The position numbers and the translations under genes were made by a program. The notes below the pieces were generated by a model. That model was not told the origin of the DNA, searched no databases, and saw only the letters and a list, made by a program, of their open reading frames with translations. This document shows, in pieces, positions 12,829 through 26,419 of a stretch of DNA of 64,000 nt. The DNA lies in contig NIVC01001011.1 in the NCBI GenBank assembly GCA_002269645.1, forward strand, positions 1 through 64,000. The letters are read 5' to 3'. This DNA comes from Macrostomum lignano (taxonomy: Eukaryota). Numbering within the stretch: position 1 is the first letter of the stretch; each line of letters begins with the position of its first letter.

Positions 12829-14442
12829 TGGGCACTACTTAAACATTGGCGCGTAACTTTCCCATCCCCATCATCGCCTTCGATTTAGCGACCGCTGGAA
12901 TAGCAGCTGCTATGATAATAGGCGCATAAGCTTTTTACTTATAATCATTTTTGCCCGAGCATTTTTGATCTCTGGAATAGTAATTCATAGCTAACAATAA
13001 GTGATTCGGGGGACTGTTGCTAACGGGTCTCGAAATTTGTCGAAGTTTTGTTTTGTCCTTTTCAGTTTTTTTCACTTTCTCATTACAGAAATTTTCATTC
13101 CCAACCGTTAACTTCAGCTTATTTCATTTCCAAAGATTTTTTGCTTTGTTTATTTTTAAAAGTCTTTCTGCGAAGCGAAACCGTCTAGTGCCGGCAGCTC
13201 TGCATGGGACTTCCTTCTACCCCTATAAATAAAAAATTAAACCGGGGCGCCGTATTAACAAAACTTTATGCGAGGCAAAGAGAGAACAGTGTCATTATAG
13301 ATATTTTTAAACCGTTAACGGCGGTAAAACTAAAACTGACTTAACAAGATAAACGAAGCCTTAAGCCTGAAGGTGTCATTTGAAAGTACCTTCTTTTGTA
13401 GAGGATAAGTATATGCACTTACAATTATGTTATAATTTAAATACGAGTAATAAGACGCATCTCAACTTGAGATAATTTTAAATCTGATTTTTTGACATTA
13501 GCTTTATCCTAAAAGTTCTTTTTTTCATCGATACTTTTGATGGAGATTATTCGACAAAACAAAAAAATCACTACACAAACTTACATGTAAGCGCAATCAA
13601 TTCGTCAACTAAATATTCAAACTCCAAAGTTATAGCTTTAGTTCACTATTCAAACGTATATTATTTTATACTATTTTTTATGCATTTCGAAACCTTTAAA
13701 TCCAGATAATTATACGATTAATATAATATGTAGTACTGCTTAAACGCGATTAGTCAGTAGTATACCTCGAAGGTAGAAAAAACAGGTTTACAATTGGTGG
13801 GAAGTTATAAAAGATCGGTTGAAACTATTGGGGAAAAAGTTGTCTTTTTGTAGTGCGCGTGGGAGTGTCCGCAACTGTGGCAGCACACGGGCCTGTAGCT
13901 ACAATGAGTTGCAGTGCAAGTGTGATCCAAGGAAACGATATGCTCGAAAGCAGAAAGGCACAAACTGAAAAACACGACATTCATCTGGTTGTCGTGTTAA
14001 ATATTTTTATCAATTAGTCCTGGTTAAATGACTAATAGTTCAAGGCAGGAAAAAATCGAATAGCCAATTTTCGTCTTGATATATATCTCCTACTAGAAGA
14101 AGCCAGAAATTTGTTTGGCTCAATTTAAACAAAGAGTCGCATTGTCTGGAGGAGAAGCATATTAAGATTCAGCATTCAGTGTCATACGAAAGTAACTATT
14201 AATATTTTAATAACAAATATAGAGGGTTGGCAATTTTGATCAGCTATTTGTTTTTGTCGTTACATCCAGCATAATTTTGTTATAATTCCAAGAAGAAACC
14301 AACGTAATTTTGGTGACAATTCAAAACCGAAAAATATTTAATCATATATAGCATAGGTAGAATTGCCAAGCAAAATTTAGGTCAAGTAAATTCATAGAGA
14401 AAAATTTATTTAACTGCCACATCGGCTTCTTAGGTCAGCTGT

Positions 14443-17400
14443 TCAACGACTGCTGGTGTTGAACTGCATGAAGTACGCTGCCGTGGGCGGGTTGGTGTAC
14501 AACTCTTTTTCCAGGAACTCTTTGTGCGCCTTCTGCTCCCTGGCTAGGCGGAGATTCTCTTCGGCCTGTTTGCGCTGCAGATCGCGGTTGACTCGTTCAA
14601 CTTCGCGCTCGATGAGCACCCCGGTGCGAGCCTGCGTCAGGAGGAGTCAGTGCGAAATGTTAGTTTCTGGCCAAGCCTTCAGGCACAGTCCGGCGGTGAG
14701 TACACGACGATCAGAAGTTTTACAGTTTATAATGAACTGCAGTAAAATTCTTAAACATCTAAGACTCTGGGTAAAATTTAAGATTCATAAGAGCCTGGAC
14801 GTTCATTGAAGAGTTTGTTTGGTTTTTGTAGGAATTCGAAGTTACAATAGCATCGCAAACGCCCCTGCTCTGATTCTCCTAGCGGCGACACCATTGCAGG
14901 GTGTCGGGACTTTTGCTACCTCGGCTCTATAGTCGCCTCTCCAGATGAAATAAACCATTGCGGACCGGCGTGGACAGGCCTGGAATGCAGCTGACCAGCT
15001 CAGCCCTGTCTTCGATCAGCTCAAACTCCGCATCTTCCTCTACGGCCTTGAGGCTGTGCTCATCACTGCAAGCCGCCGGGAAGAAGTCTTGAATGCGGCC
15101 TACAGAGCCTTCTCTCTGAACATCCGCTACCCGTGCACCCTGTCAAACCGCGCTCTGATGGCGAAAACCGGCATCGCACCGCTAAGTGACATCCTCAGAC
15201 AACGTAGGCCGCTGCAGTCGTTGTTGCCAACCCAACTCAGAAGGGATTTTGCCGAGGACGAGCCGGCATCATTAACCTCATTGACACTGACGATCTGCGC
15301 GTCCTGTACCTGACTCCTAGCGAGGCCATGCAACTTCCCTCCTCGGTTTTCCGCGAAGCGTTTGTGCATTAGGGCTCTTTTAGTCCTCTGCGTCGCTACT
15401 TCTACTACTACTACTATGCTGACGCAAATGCTGACAATCTATTAACAATTTGATTTCGGCAAACATCAAATGATTAAAGTGATTCGCACCTGCAGCGCCC
15501 GCTGGCGATCCCACTCGTCCTTCTCCCGTTTCTCGGCCTCCCGCTTGCGCCGCTGCTCTTCAGCTTGCAGCGCCTGAATGCGGCGAACCTCCTCCTGCTG
15601 CTCGGGCGTCATGCCCTTCCAGCGGTCCGGCACGACTCGGTGAGACCCGAAGGCGCTCTGGGCCACCGCCGGATTCTCCGTCAGCATGTCGCTGAAGATT
15701 GCGTTCGACACCTCGGTGGCGTTGTCGTCCTGCTCCTGAATGTGTTGGCCAGGATGAGTAGATTATAGATAAAAGGAGATATTTAAATTTAATAAATGAA
15801 CCCACCACCCCAATAAAACAATACAGTCATGCGCCGCATAAAACCCACCACCCCAATAATACACAACCCAAGCTGTGCGCCCCATAAAACCCACCACCCA
15901 CACATCCCAGCTGTGGGCCCAATAAAACCCACCAACCCAACAACACACAGTCCAACAGCTATCCAACAACTAATAATAGACAATAAAGCCAATGCAAAGC
16001 AAAGTTCTCTTAAGCGCCGCTCACCTGCTGCCGCCGCAAGCGGGCCCTCTCCTCGGCCTCCCTGGCCAGGGCATTGTTATAATCGGCCGTGGCCATGTTG
16101 ATGGCCCGACGGCATGCCTCCTCAGCCTGGGCCAGCTCGCAGGCGCGCTGGTCCAGCTCGCGCCGTTTCAAATCGTATAGCCGGTCGGCCTCTTTCTGGC
16201 CCCACTTGGCGGCGTCCTTCTCGCGCTGCTGCTGAAGCGACCACTCGCGCAGCTGCTCCTCTTGAAGTCGGCGACGAGCCTTGGCATTGAGATCCTCGCC
16301 GTCGAACTTCTGCAACGAGCTGATGGTGCAGCGCGGATCGTCGTCGTGCACCCTGGCCGGCTTGTCCTTCTTCAGCGCGTCCGGGTCGTACAGGTCCCAC
16401 TCGCGCCGGGCCTCCGGCTGCTGGTGCAGGGAACGAAACTCGTTCTCGTACATGTTTAGGGCGCGTTTGTCCGCCTGCTGGCGGGTTTCCATCAGAGTGG
16501 CGATTTTGTCGTAGCGAACCGCGTCCTGAGCGAAGGCCTCCTCGCGCTCGCGCTCGCGCTGCTCGTGCTGCTTTTTCTGGTCAACCTGCTGCTCGAGGCC
16601 TTGGACATCGATCTGGGCAGGAGAAGCACAATAGAAACATCCTAACATCGAGATACACATTTTCATATGCTTAAACACTTTATAAACTTGATATTATAGG
16701 ACTATGTATAGCAACAAATTTATATAGCATATGTTTTGATTACAATTTGCCAGAAATATTCAGTGTTATAAAATTGCTCAAAACCAGCAACATTTTAAAA
16801 TAGAACTAATAATAATTTGATAAGTATAAACTTAATGCCATTGCCTAGAAATTCAAATTCTAAAGAGGTTTTGAAATTACAATGATATTAGTATACATAT
16901 ACGCAGATAACAAAAAGCAGAAAACTTTTTTATGTTCTTTGAGATTTTTATCTTAAAGTATAGTATTTATCTCTAATCATAAGAATTATGAATAATAGCG
17001 AAAAACACAAAAGATTTTGCATCTTCAATTAAAAATTATTTTATACATAAAGGACTAATTCTTATATTTTAAGGCAAAAGATTAAGGACTTTTCTGATAG
17101 CCAATAGATGGTATACCTTACATTTTAAGTATTTCATTTTTATTGTAGAATTTTAATTCTTAATTTGAATTTAATTTAGCTTTGAAGCGAATTTCAACTT
17201 TTGCATTTATACCTCCAGTCAGATTCGCGTTCTTCGATTTTTGCTTGGATTTTCGGATAACAAAAAATGTATTAACCAATGTACAATTTATTAATTTAAA
17301 CAGACTATCAAGACAATAATTTTTAGCCACTTAAATACATTTATCATATTATATTCAATTTTATATGATGATGATGATTCAATTTAGCATGAATAATTAG

Positions 17401-17581
17401 ATTTAAATACTTTCGTCTTAGATACAACTATTTCGAATTGAGGAATGACACCAAGTTGACTTACTCCAATCTGCCTAACTTTGGCATTGAAAATTCGGCC
17501 CTGACGCTGCTGTTCCCGATTGCGACGCCGCTCAATCGCAGCAGCCTCCTTGCGATCAAGAGGGGTGTCGAGCTTGTACAT
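14443..17581 (-). CDS. RIB43A: RIB43A-like coiled-coil ciliary microtubule inner protein (RIBC1/2 family), 379 aa, 4 exons
   Basis: Exons 17581-17465, 16612-16025, 15735-15490, 14631-14443, all phase 0. Family motifs: AIERRRNREQQRQGRIFNAKVRQIG, REWDLYDPDALKKDKPARVHDDDPRCTISSLQKFDGEDL, DMLTENP, DRWKGMT, and C-terminal NPPTAAYFMQFNTSSR*. Confidence 0.95.
14865..15415 (+). mobile_element. 5'-truncated, decayed non-LTR retrotransposon (RTE-like) fragment in RIB43A intron 3, antisense to the host gene
   Basis: Translates with breaks to GDTIAGCRDFCYLGSI...KLRIFLYG...LNIRYP..LSNRAL...PLSDILRQRR, resembling the RT C-terminus/thumb, and ends in a (CTA)n tail. Confidence 0.7.
15795..15960. repeat. Degenerate minisatellite related to the 12.1-kb array (RIB43A intron 2)
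   Basis: Repeated AAAACCCACCACCCCAATAA...GCTGTGCGCCCC cores. Confidence 0.7.
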
Positions 17582-19315
17582 ATCTTATCCTTATTATTCC
17601 CGTATAAATAAAGTTGCCTGATTAAGATATCCAGTCAAGGTTAGAAATGTATAATTTGTACGAAGACTAGTGAGTTTAAAATATCACAACTACCGTCAGT
17701 AACTATGACGCCAAAGTATAACAAAACGTACTATAATTTTTCTTTTTAGAAAAAAGTATAGTTAGTATTAGTTCTTTGAATAAGCAGCTTTGTTTTGCTA
17801 CAAAATCTAATATTTAGTAGTGAAATAATTTGTGACTATACAAGCTATTTACAAATTCGTTTATACATGTACATATGACAAAATTAACAAACACCTTCCG
17901 CTCTTTACACCCGCTACTTTCTTTACCAAGCTGCAATAATACTTGCAAGTATATTCCTGATATAAGGAATGTGTTTACTAGTTGCATTTTTTGACATCGA
18001 GATCGAAAGCTCGTACAATGTACTCGAAGAAATTAATTGGTACAATAACAGTACACGTCACGTTGTAGACATGCCTTATGGTTCGGAAGTAGACAATGAT
18101 TGTTTTTTTCACGAGTGGAAAAATCATCATTATCTACCTGGCTAAACATATATACAAGCACAATCTTAAGAATGCATTTACAGTGTAGTATTGAATATTG
18201 ATCGATTTCGAAACGTGTTGATCATATTGAGAGTACAGCGCGAGAGTGAGACAAATGACACGTACACGTGGCTACATTAAGTAGTGTATTTATTGCATTA
18301 TAGTAATAAAATAATAAGATTCCTCTGGTATGGCTATCTCTTTCTTATATCAGGCTAATAAATATTTTCACCTAGCCTGAAACTGGAAGTTTAACATGTA
18401 ATTGGAAATCCTCATGCATGAAATTAAAAGCTGGGCGGTGATAACTTTGGCTACAATGTACGCTCGTATTACTTTAATACATGTACGAGCAATACCCGTA
18501 TTTATTTATTCGATATACAGGCCGTAGCGGCCAGGAAAAGTCGATCATCAGCGCTTTAGAGTTGCTAAAATGTACCAACTGATTCACTCCCTTGATGTAC
18601 ATGAAGATTATGCTCGTAAACTTTGCAATTCAAATTTCAACAAAGGTGACACTTTAACTGTGTGTTTACATGTAGGCTATACGAGATTCTAGATGATAAA
18701 AATAAAAATACGAAAATAAAAAATTTTAGTTTTCAACATTTCTTAAAACGCGTTCAAAGACAATTTTTTAAATATATTTGGGCATTTTTCCTTTTATCTA
18801 TTGCATCAACAAAGAAAGAAATCTATAATTTTGACATAACAATAATAGCAAACTACTAACAGTAGTACGAAAACAAATTGAAACAATCAGAAAATTGCTC
18901 TAACATTCCGAAATAATTTTAATTCAAGCTTAGCATTTCACGTACTATAATCTTGCAAAAGTGAGTCAGTCGGTGCCAGAAAGGGAACTTAAAAAAGAAA
19001 CTAAAAGCAAACGAAAGAAAAAATACGCAGAATACCCGTATACCCAAACACAGCGCTATTAAAGGAAGAAAATGTTAAGAAACCAGTACAAGTTTACTAC
19101 ATTTTCAGATAACCAAAATCAGATGACACCCAAGAATTCCAAGACAGAACACTGGATAACTGGATTATTGAGAAACAAACAGAGCAAAAAACAAGTCAAT
19201 CTTAGGAGAGCAGCTTGACAATGTCAATGTGAATCAGAAGAAACATTTCGAAATACAACTGAAATACTCGAACCAAACAAACCGGTAACAAGTGTGTTTC
19301 TTGGTACAACGGTTC

Positions 19316-22300
19316 TCAGGGAGCCACCGTGGTGGCATTGAGAGTCGGATTGGCTGCGGCAGTCTCTGGCTGACTTGACCGCGGCAGGTGCATCGAAGGC
19401 ACGCTGACACTCACTGGGGGCATGCCGGGCAGACTCAGCTGGGTGCTGACCGCGGGAAAATCAGTCAGCGGCTGCTGCGTGGGCGGCGGGGGCGGCGGCG
19501 GCAGAGGCTGCTGCTGCTGTTGCGGAGGCGCAGGCGGCGGTGGCAACGGCTGATCGTGCGAGTGACCGTGACCTCCGCTATACAGAGGCTGCTGCTGCTG
19601 CTGCTGGTGAACAGTTGGACTACCGCTGGAGGAGCTCAGCGGAACCTGTTAATTTGAAGAAAAAATAAATTTGTGCCATTTTCAGATTTTCGAAACTACG
19701 ATGTGCCAGCGCGGCCCAGGCTCGATTCCAAGTGCAGTCACATTAACTTGGAACTCTAAATAAATTGGAATCTCGGCTTGGCTCTGCTTGTGCAATGAAC
19801 GGCCTTGAGGAGGCCCAATACCAAAGGCATAGATAGAGTGTGTGCCTGTGCCTCTATCCGGTTGTGCCACAATGTCACTTAAAGAGCGCCAGGGTGCACA
19901 CAGCCACATGGACTAATAGAAAATATGATAAACTATGCGTCAAGACAGGTGAGTAAATTTGTGTGAACTTTTACTTACATCGGCAAATCCGTTGCCATTG
20001 CTGACCGATCCAGTCCGGTCGGAGTCGGACAGACTGTCCGGAGACTGGCTCAACGGAATCCGGTGCAAATAGCCGTAGCCAATATTGCAGCCGAGCAGGC
20101 CCTCGCCGCCCCAAGCGGAATTGGGCACAATTGTCAGCTCGCGACACGAATCTGACACGGTGCTGTACACGTACAGTTTCAGGGGCTTGTTGTCGTGAGC
20201 CTCAATCATGGCAAACAGATCTTCAGCGTCCTAGGTGTTCGAATATTAATATTATTTCGTAGCTTAAAAAATCAATTTTTTAAACGTAAGAAAACTGTTG
20301 GAGTTAATCAGTAGTATTGAATGCCACTTACAGAAAATTGACTGAGAATATGTTTGACTTAGCAAGTATGTTACACTCTATGTGCCTTGCGGGTTGGCTG
20401 TCATTGGCAGTCTTAATAAAGAAATTTAGGCAAGCGCGTCGCCACCAGGGGGACACCCCGGTAAAAGCCATCATGATGGGGGACATGTCAATAGAGCCTG
20501 TGGCGCTAAAAAAGTGCCTGTGGCGCTAAAATGAGTGCCTGTGGCGCTAAAAAAGTGCCTGTGGCGCTAAAATGAGTGCTTGTGGCGCTAAAATGAGTGC
20601 CTGTGGCGCTAAAAAAGTGCCTGTGGCGCTAAAATGAGTGCCTGTGGCCCTAAAAAAGTGCCTGTGGCGCTAAAATGAGTGCCTGTGGCGCTAAAATAGT
20701 GCCTGTGGCGCTAAAATGAGTGCCTGTGGCACTAAAATGAGTGCCTGTGGCGCTAAAATGAGTGCCTGTGGCGCTAAAATGAGTGCCTGCGGCGCTAAGA
20801 TGAGTGCCTGCGGCGCTAAAATGAGTGCCTGCGGCGCTAAGATGAGTGCCTGCGGCACTAAAATGAGTGCCTGCGGCGCTAAAATGAGTGCCTGTGGCGC
20901 TAAAATGAGTGCCTGCGGCGCTAAAATGAGTGCCTGCGGCGCTAAAATAGTGCCTGTGGCGCTAAAATGAGTGCCTGTGGCGCTAAAATGAGTGCCTGTG
21001 GCGCTAAAATAGTGCCTGTGGCGCTAAAATGAGTGCCTGTGGCGCTAAAATGAGTGCCGGTGGCGCTAAAATAGTGCCTGTGGCGCTAAAATGACTGCCT
21101 GTGGCGCTAAAATGAGTGCCGGTGGCGCTAAAATAGTGCCTGTGGCGCTAAAATGACTGCCTGTGGCGCTAAAATGACTGCCTGTGGCGCTAAAATGAGT
21201 GCCGGTGGCGCTAAAATAGTGCCTGTGGCGCTAAAATGAGTGCCTGTGGCGCTAAAATGAGCGCTGACAACACCGACTTCTCAAAATAACGGACATGCAG
21301 AAATGCAGTCATGTACATGATTGTACATGTTGAATTCTCGGCTTTGTCCCTTTACCATAAAATACATGGCGACACCCCTGGATTTAGGTGACAAAGCCAT
21401 ATGACATATGCATGAATATTGAATTGATAGCTCACAGATGTACCCCCTGTTTGTAAAAATAGAAGTGAATACTTAAAAAAAAATCAGCATTTGATAAGCA
21501 GTTTATCATCGAAACGTTTTGATCCGGTAAATCTTTTTACTAAGCCTTGCGGGCAATGAATGAAATTCTCTCGTGCTCCCCTCTCATGGCTGAGTCGTAC
21601 ACGACAGGGCCCCCGGCCCCCTGGACCAATTTTCATGCACAGAAGCTCAAAACGAATGCAGCAGCGGTCGTGTGGCGCGGGAACTGCTCCGCCTCCTGCT
21701 CCCAAGTCCCATTCGGTACAATAAAACCAGTGACCTTCCCTGGATAGGTCCCAGATTGCAGTTCGGCAGGCTGGCTACTACCGTAACACATTTCTGAATC
21801 AAATTGATCCCAATCAGCAAGCATTGCTAATCACCTGCAGCAGGGCATCGGCGCCAATAATATAGTCCGAATCTGACACGAAACCGGCCAGAGCTGCCGG
21901 CGAGTTCGGCTGCACGTCCAACACGTGCCAGACGTTCTCGTTGGCGCCCTGGAACGAGCAGAATCGAATACTGACGCCTAGGAGTCCCTGGCCGCCCCAG
22001 CCGTCTGATGGAACAATGGTGACCTCACGGCAGACCTGAGTCTTGCTGCTGTACACCAGAGCTTGGACAGGCTTGTCTTTGTTAGCAGAGAGCAGCTCTC
22101 GGAGCTTGTCATTGTCTTCGTTCTAGGGTGTTATAAAAAATGGGTTGATGAAATCAAATATAAAAATGACTCTTTTGCATATTACGCTACTATGAGTAGA
22201 TTTCAGTAGCCAAAATGTAACTTACCAATCTAGTATTGCCGATAGCAATAATGAAATCAAAGAACGCTTCTAGGCCGGCCTTGTGACCTGGCGAGTTGTC

Positions 22301-25300
22301 CTGGACCTAAGCAGAACCAGAGATAAGGAATACATAATAAATTAATTTAGGGTATGTTGTAACATGGCAAATTTAGTATGGAAGTTAGTGGCATACATTT
22401 CATTCTGTTAATCTAATTCAATTCAAATTTGCACCAAAAAGACTTTATTTAAACAAAATATAAGCTACTTTCAACACCTTAATTTTTTAAATACTGAAAT
22501 TAGTACTTTACTATCCAAATTTGCTTCTATGGTGCTTAAACTTTTTGTTCTTAATATTAATTGAGCAGTTTTGAAACATACTTGCCCTGGTCATCTTATC
22601 ATCTAGTTAGATGGCCAGGTATATTGTATACATATTAATTTGAGACTTCATATTTATTTCCTTGTTTTTAAACGTGGAGGGAAGCATGGGCAACCCTCTA
22701 AAAGTTTGTGGAAAGCTGTTTGAGAGCAGGAATCCCAGCAAGAAAGATCTAGAGTCCGTAAGTCTTAGAAAAGGCTTCAAGATAGGAACAAGTCTAGGCA
22801 GCTTCATTATTACCAAGGGCAAATCTTTTATTAGGTAAACAAAAAGCTAAGAAAGCTTCTCCAATAGGGTTACAAGCCACAAGGCTTCTTCATTACCTAG
22901 CACTAATAAGTTTGGAATTTCTAAGTAGCAGTCTAGGAGCAGAAAGACCCAAGTCTTAAATAGAAATGGCTTGAATAATTGAAGTGAGTCCAGACACATT
23001 ATTTACCAAAAGTCTCCTAATAGACAGGAAGACTGGCTATGTATAGGTCTACAAGCCTCAAGGCTTATTCACTATCTAGCTTAGGTAAGCCTAGGCCAAG
23101 TGGTTAGAGATAGGAGAGGCACTAAGGAGCAAAGGGACCATTGGACTCAGCCAGTTTTCCCCAATTTGGGATGAACATCAACCTCATTAGTAGTTCTAAT
23201 AGACTGATTATATGTAATGCATAAAGAAAAATTCTTATTTCTATATTGACAAATGGTCTTCTTAAAAATATTGAAAAATTGTTGGCAAACATCTTTAAAT
23301 GTTAGTTAATATATTTAATTTATAAAATTAAATCTTAAGCACTAGCCCTATAAGAATTTTCAAAATAACTTAATTTTATATTCCTATGCAAATACAAAAG
23401 TATAAAGCAAAATGCAAAAGCATTCATACATGCGCAACTGCTGGCCGACCTGGCCGATCCGGCCACCGTAAATCGTGGCTGACCAGGGGTAAGTCACAAA
23501 ATTGAGTCAACCAAAAACAGAAAAACACAAGAACCAAGAAAGGCAAGAGGAAAGCAAAAGAAAGTGCAGTTCAGGGAAAATGGTGAAGCAAAAGAAAAAC
23601 TATTCGCAAAAGAAGCAAACTAAGTTGTAAAAATAATCAGGTAAGTCGCAAAAAGGATCAGGTAAGTCGCAAAAGAAGCAAACTAAGTCGCAAAAAGGAT
23701 CAGGTAAGTCGCAACAGGAATCAGGTAAGTCGCAAAAGAAGCAAACTAAGTCGCAAAAAGGATCAGGTAAGTTGCAAAAGGGTTAGGTAAGTCGCAAAAA
23801 GGATTAGGTAAGTCGCAAAAAGGATCAGGTAAGTCGCAAAAAGGATCATGTAAGTCGCAACAAGAATCAGGTAAGTCGCAAAAGGATCAGCTAAGTCGCA
23901 AAAGGATTAGGTAAGTCGCAAAAAGGATTAGGTAAGTCGCAAAAAGGATTAGGTAAGTCGCAAAAAGAATCAGGTAAGTCGCAAAAGGATCAGCTAAGTC
24001 GCAAAAGGATTAGGTAAGTCGCAAAAGGGTTAGGTAAGTCGCAAAAGGATTAGGTAAGTCGCAAAAGGGTTAGGTAAGCCGCAAAAGGATTAGGTAAGTC
24101 GCAAAAAGGATTAGGTAAGTCGCAAAAAGAATCAGGTAAGTCGCAAAAGGATCAGCTAAGTCGCAAAAGGATTAGGTAAGTCGCAAAAGGGTTAGGTAAG
24201 TCGCAAAAGGATTAGGTAAGTCGCAAAAGGGTTAGGTAAGTCGCAAAAGGATTAGGTAAGTCGCAAAAAGGATTAGGTAAGTCGCAAAAAGGATTAGGTA
24301 AGTCGCAAAAAGAAGCAACTAAGTCGCAATAAGAGGGAAGTAAGTCACAATCAGAGGCAATCAGGGGGTAGTAGGTGCAAGTGTGGCAGGAGAGCAAAAA
24401 CAGAATAGAAGCCTTCAACCACAGACAAGATCTTTGAAATCAGAAGCCCGCGTCCACAGTTTCCCATTGATTTCTTAAACTCTGGAGCAGGGGTTGGCAA
24501 ACTCCGGCTTGTGAAGCCCCTCTATCTGGCCCTCGCCCCTCGGGTTCTTTGAAACTTCCTAACCAGCAAGGTTGGTGTCTCTTCAACTCTCATCTCTCTC
24601 TTCTTCTCTACCTTGCCTCCCCTCTTCTCTCTCTCCCCCCTTTTCCCTCTTCTCTCTCCTCTCATTTTTACTCTCCTCTCTTCCCCCCCTTTCTCTCTAC
24701 CCTTTCTCCTCAATGCCCTCTTCTCTCCTCTTATCTTCAGCAAAAATATGTGCATATTTTCTTACTTCAAAGTAGAGGGAATAGAATATTAGAGATAAGC
24801 AAACAGAGGGGAGGCGAGCGATGCGATGGGAGAAAAGATAGAAGAGGAGAGAAAAGCTGAGGGAGGAAAAACAGATGAGAGAGAAGAGGAGATTAGAGGA
24901 AAGAGGAAAGAAAAGATGATGGATGAGATCAGAAGAGAGGAAAGAGGAAAGAGGAGAGAGTAGATGAGAGAAGAGAGGATAAAGAGGAGATGAGAGGAGA
25001 GTGAAGAGAGGAGAGATGAGAGAGTAGAAATGAGAGATAAGATGAGAGAGTAGAGTGGAGAGAGACGAGAGGGAAGATAAGATGAGAGAGTAGAGTGGAA
25101 TGGAGAGATGAGAGGAGATAAGAATGTAGAGAGGAGACAGAAGAGATAGGAGAGGAGAGGAAAGAGAGAAGGGATAAGGGATGAGAGAGAAAAGAAAAAG
25201 AGGATGAGAAGATTGAGGAATGGAGAGAATTTGCAAAGGCCTCAACTCAAATCTTAGTTTAACATGCATTACTCCCATCTTTGCCTTTTTCCTAACTGTT

Positions 25301-26419
25301 AACAAGTTTTTGTTTGAGCATGACTTCAAATTTAGAATCTATGCAAAAATAGTTCCGGGAATTAGAATTCAGTGGTTTAAAAATCTGTGGGTTTTCACAG
25401 CTTGTATCTCTACTGGATTCGTATTCTGCATCTGATGAGCCATCTGAATCAGGGCTCTCATCTTCCATGCCAAATCGTCTAGCAAATCGTTCTTGAGCTA
25501 TAGGTCACATTGTATTCACTTCACTTACTTCTGGACATTCATGAATCATGACTTTTGTAGTATGCTCACTACACTGTACTGACAATTTACTAATTGCTTC
25601 ATGCCGCCACTAGATGACACTGATTAGCTGTTATAAAAACGCGGAATCTGCACGCAGCACTAATTAGCTGGCGAGGCATTTAGCTTTAAAAATATGGTCA
25701 TAGTTACTCCTGCCGTTTACCTAAAGTTTTTGCTTGGCTCTTTCATAGGTAAGTTGCATTTTTTATCGAAAACTACGTTGCACGGCCAGCGTAATTTCAG
25801 AAGTTGCGCATGTATGAAAGCATTGGCAATAAAATACTAAGTAAAATTAATTAGGGACAAGTAATTAACTTGTGCTTTAAACTCATAAGAAATTATAAGA
25901 AATAATAACTTTAGAAAAGACTATCAAAACTCAAAAATGCTTGATTTAATACCATAGTCTATTTTGTCACAATTATACTCTAGTATAAGTCATCTTAAAA
26001 ATAGCTGATATAAAATATTATAAAATTTTTTGGCATGTTTGTTTTATTTAAAAAATAATTAAACAAAAAAATTTATGTTTGCATTTGAATCCTATGCAAA
26101 AAATAAACAAAAACTTCCATAAGGTTACACTACAGTGTTACTACCAATTTAATGCCACATTTATAATTATAGAAGGCATTTTTTAGACAAAAATATATAG
26201 TGCTAGCAATGTATTTTTATTGCACTTTTTTATCATGGCATAATTTGCATTTGTTTTGTACAAGTTTCACTGAGTTTTAATTTGATTTAAAAAATTGCAA
26301 AATAAAATTTAAAGTACATTGCACAATGCAATGCACAGATAGGCCACTACACTTACTCTAAGAACATGATAACCATCAGTTCCTCCTCCTGGAACAGGGG
26401 CGCTACTGCCTGCACCCAT
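19316..26419 (-). CDS. GORASP: Golgi reassembly-stacking protein GRASP55/65, 337 aa, 5 exons
   Basis: Exons 26419-26357 ([21 protein letters not shown]; myristoylation-type MGxxxS), 22306-22226, 22122-21835, 20230-19979, 19645-19316, all phase 0. Tandem GRASP PDZ motifs [44 protein letters not shown], followed by a P/Q-rich tail. Exon 1 is missing from the ORF track. Confidence 0.96.
20431..21380. mobile_element. Non-autonomous hAT-like element carrying a 21-bp minisatellite (20497-21260), GRASP intron 3
   Basis: Termini CAAGCGCGTCGCCA / TGGCGACACCCCTG. 8-bp flanks AATTTAGG (20423-30) and GATTTAGG (21381-88), 7/8 match. Internal unit GTGCCTGTGGCGCTAAAATGA. Confidence 0.7.
23425..25816 (-). 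mobile_element. 2.4-kb non-autonomous DNA transposon, copy A (GRASP intron 1); 15-bp TIR CATACATGCGCAACT, 8-bp TSD
   Basis: Perfect TIRs and perfect TSD AAAGCATT (23417-24; 25817-24). Inverted homolog at 60464-62747. Internal ~20-bp TAAGTCGCAAAAGGATTAGG array and CT/AG-rich tracts. Strand is relative to copy B. Confidence 0.92.

Noticed and set aside
13165-13700. Helitron end (GCGAAGCG...CTAGT) and adjacent transposon-like AT-rich sequence
   Set aside because: No convincing hairpin, matching terminus or second copy.
2583-16514. Antisense or alternate-frame ORFs overlapping CLCA, the orphan gene and RIB43A
   Set aside because: Expected shadows of GC-rich coding exons, with no independent motifs or splice support.
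19700-19900. tRNA gene or tRNA-derived SINE (B-box-like GGCTCGATTCC at 19719)
   Set aside because: No A-box or cloverleaf and no second copy in the window; at most a SINE remnant.
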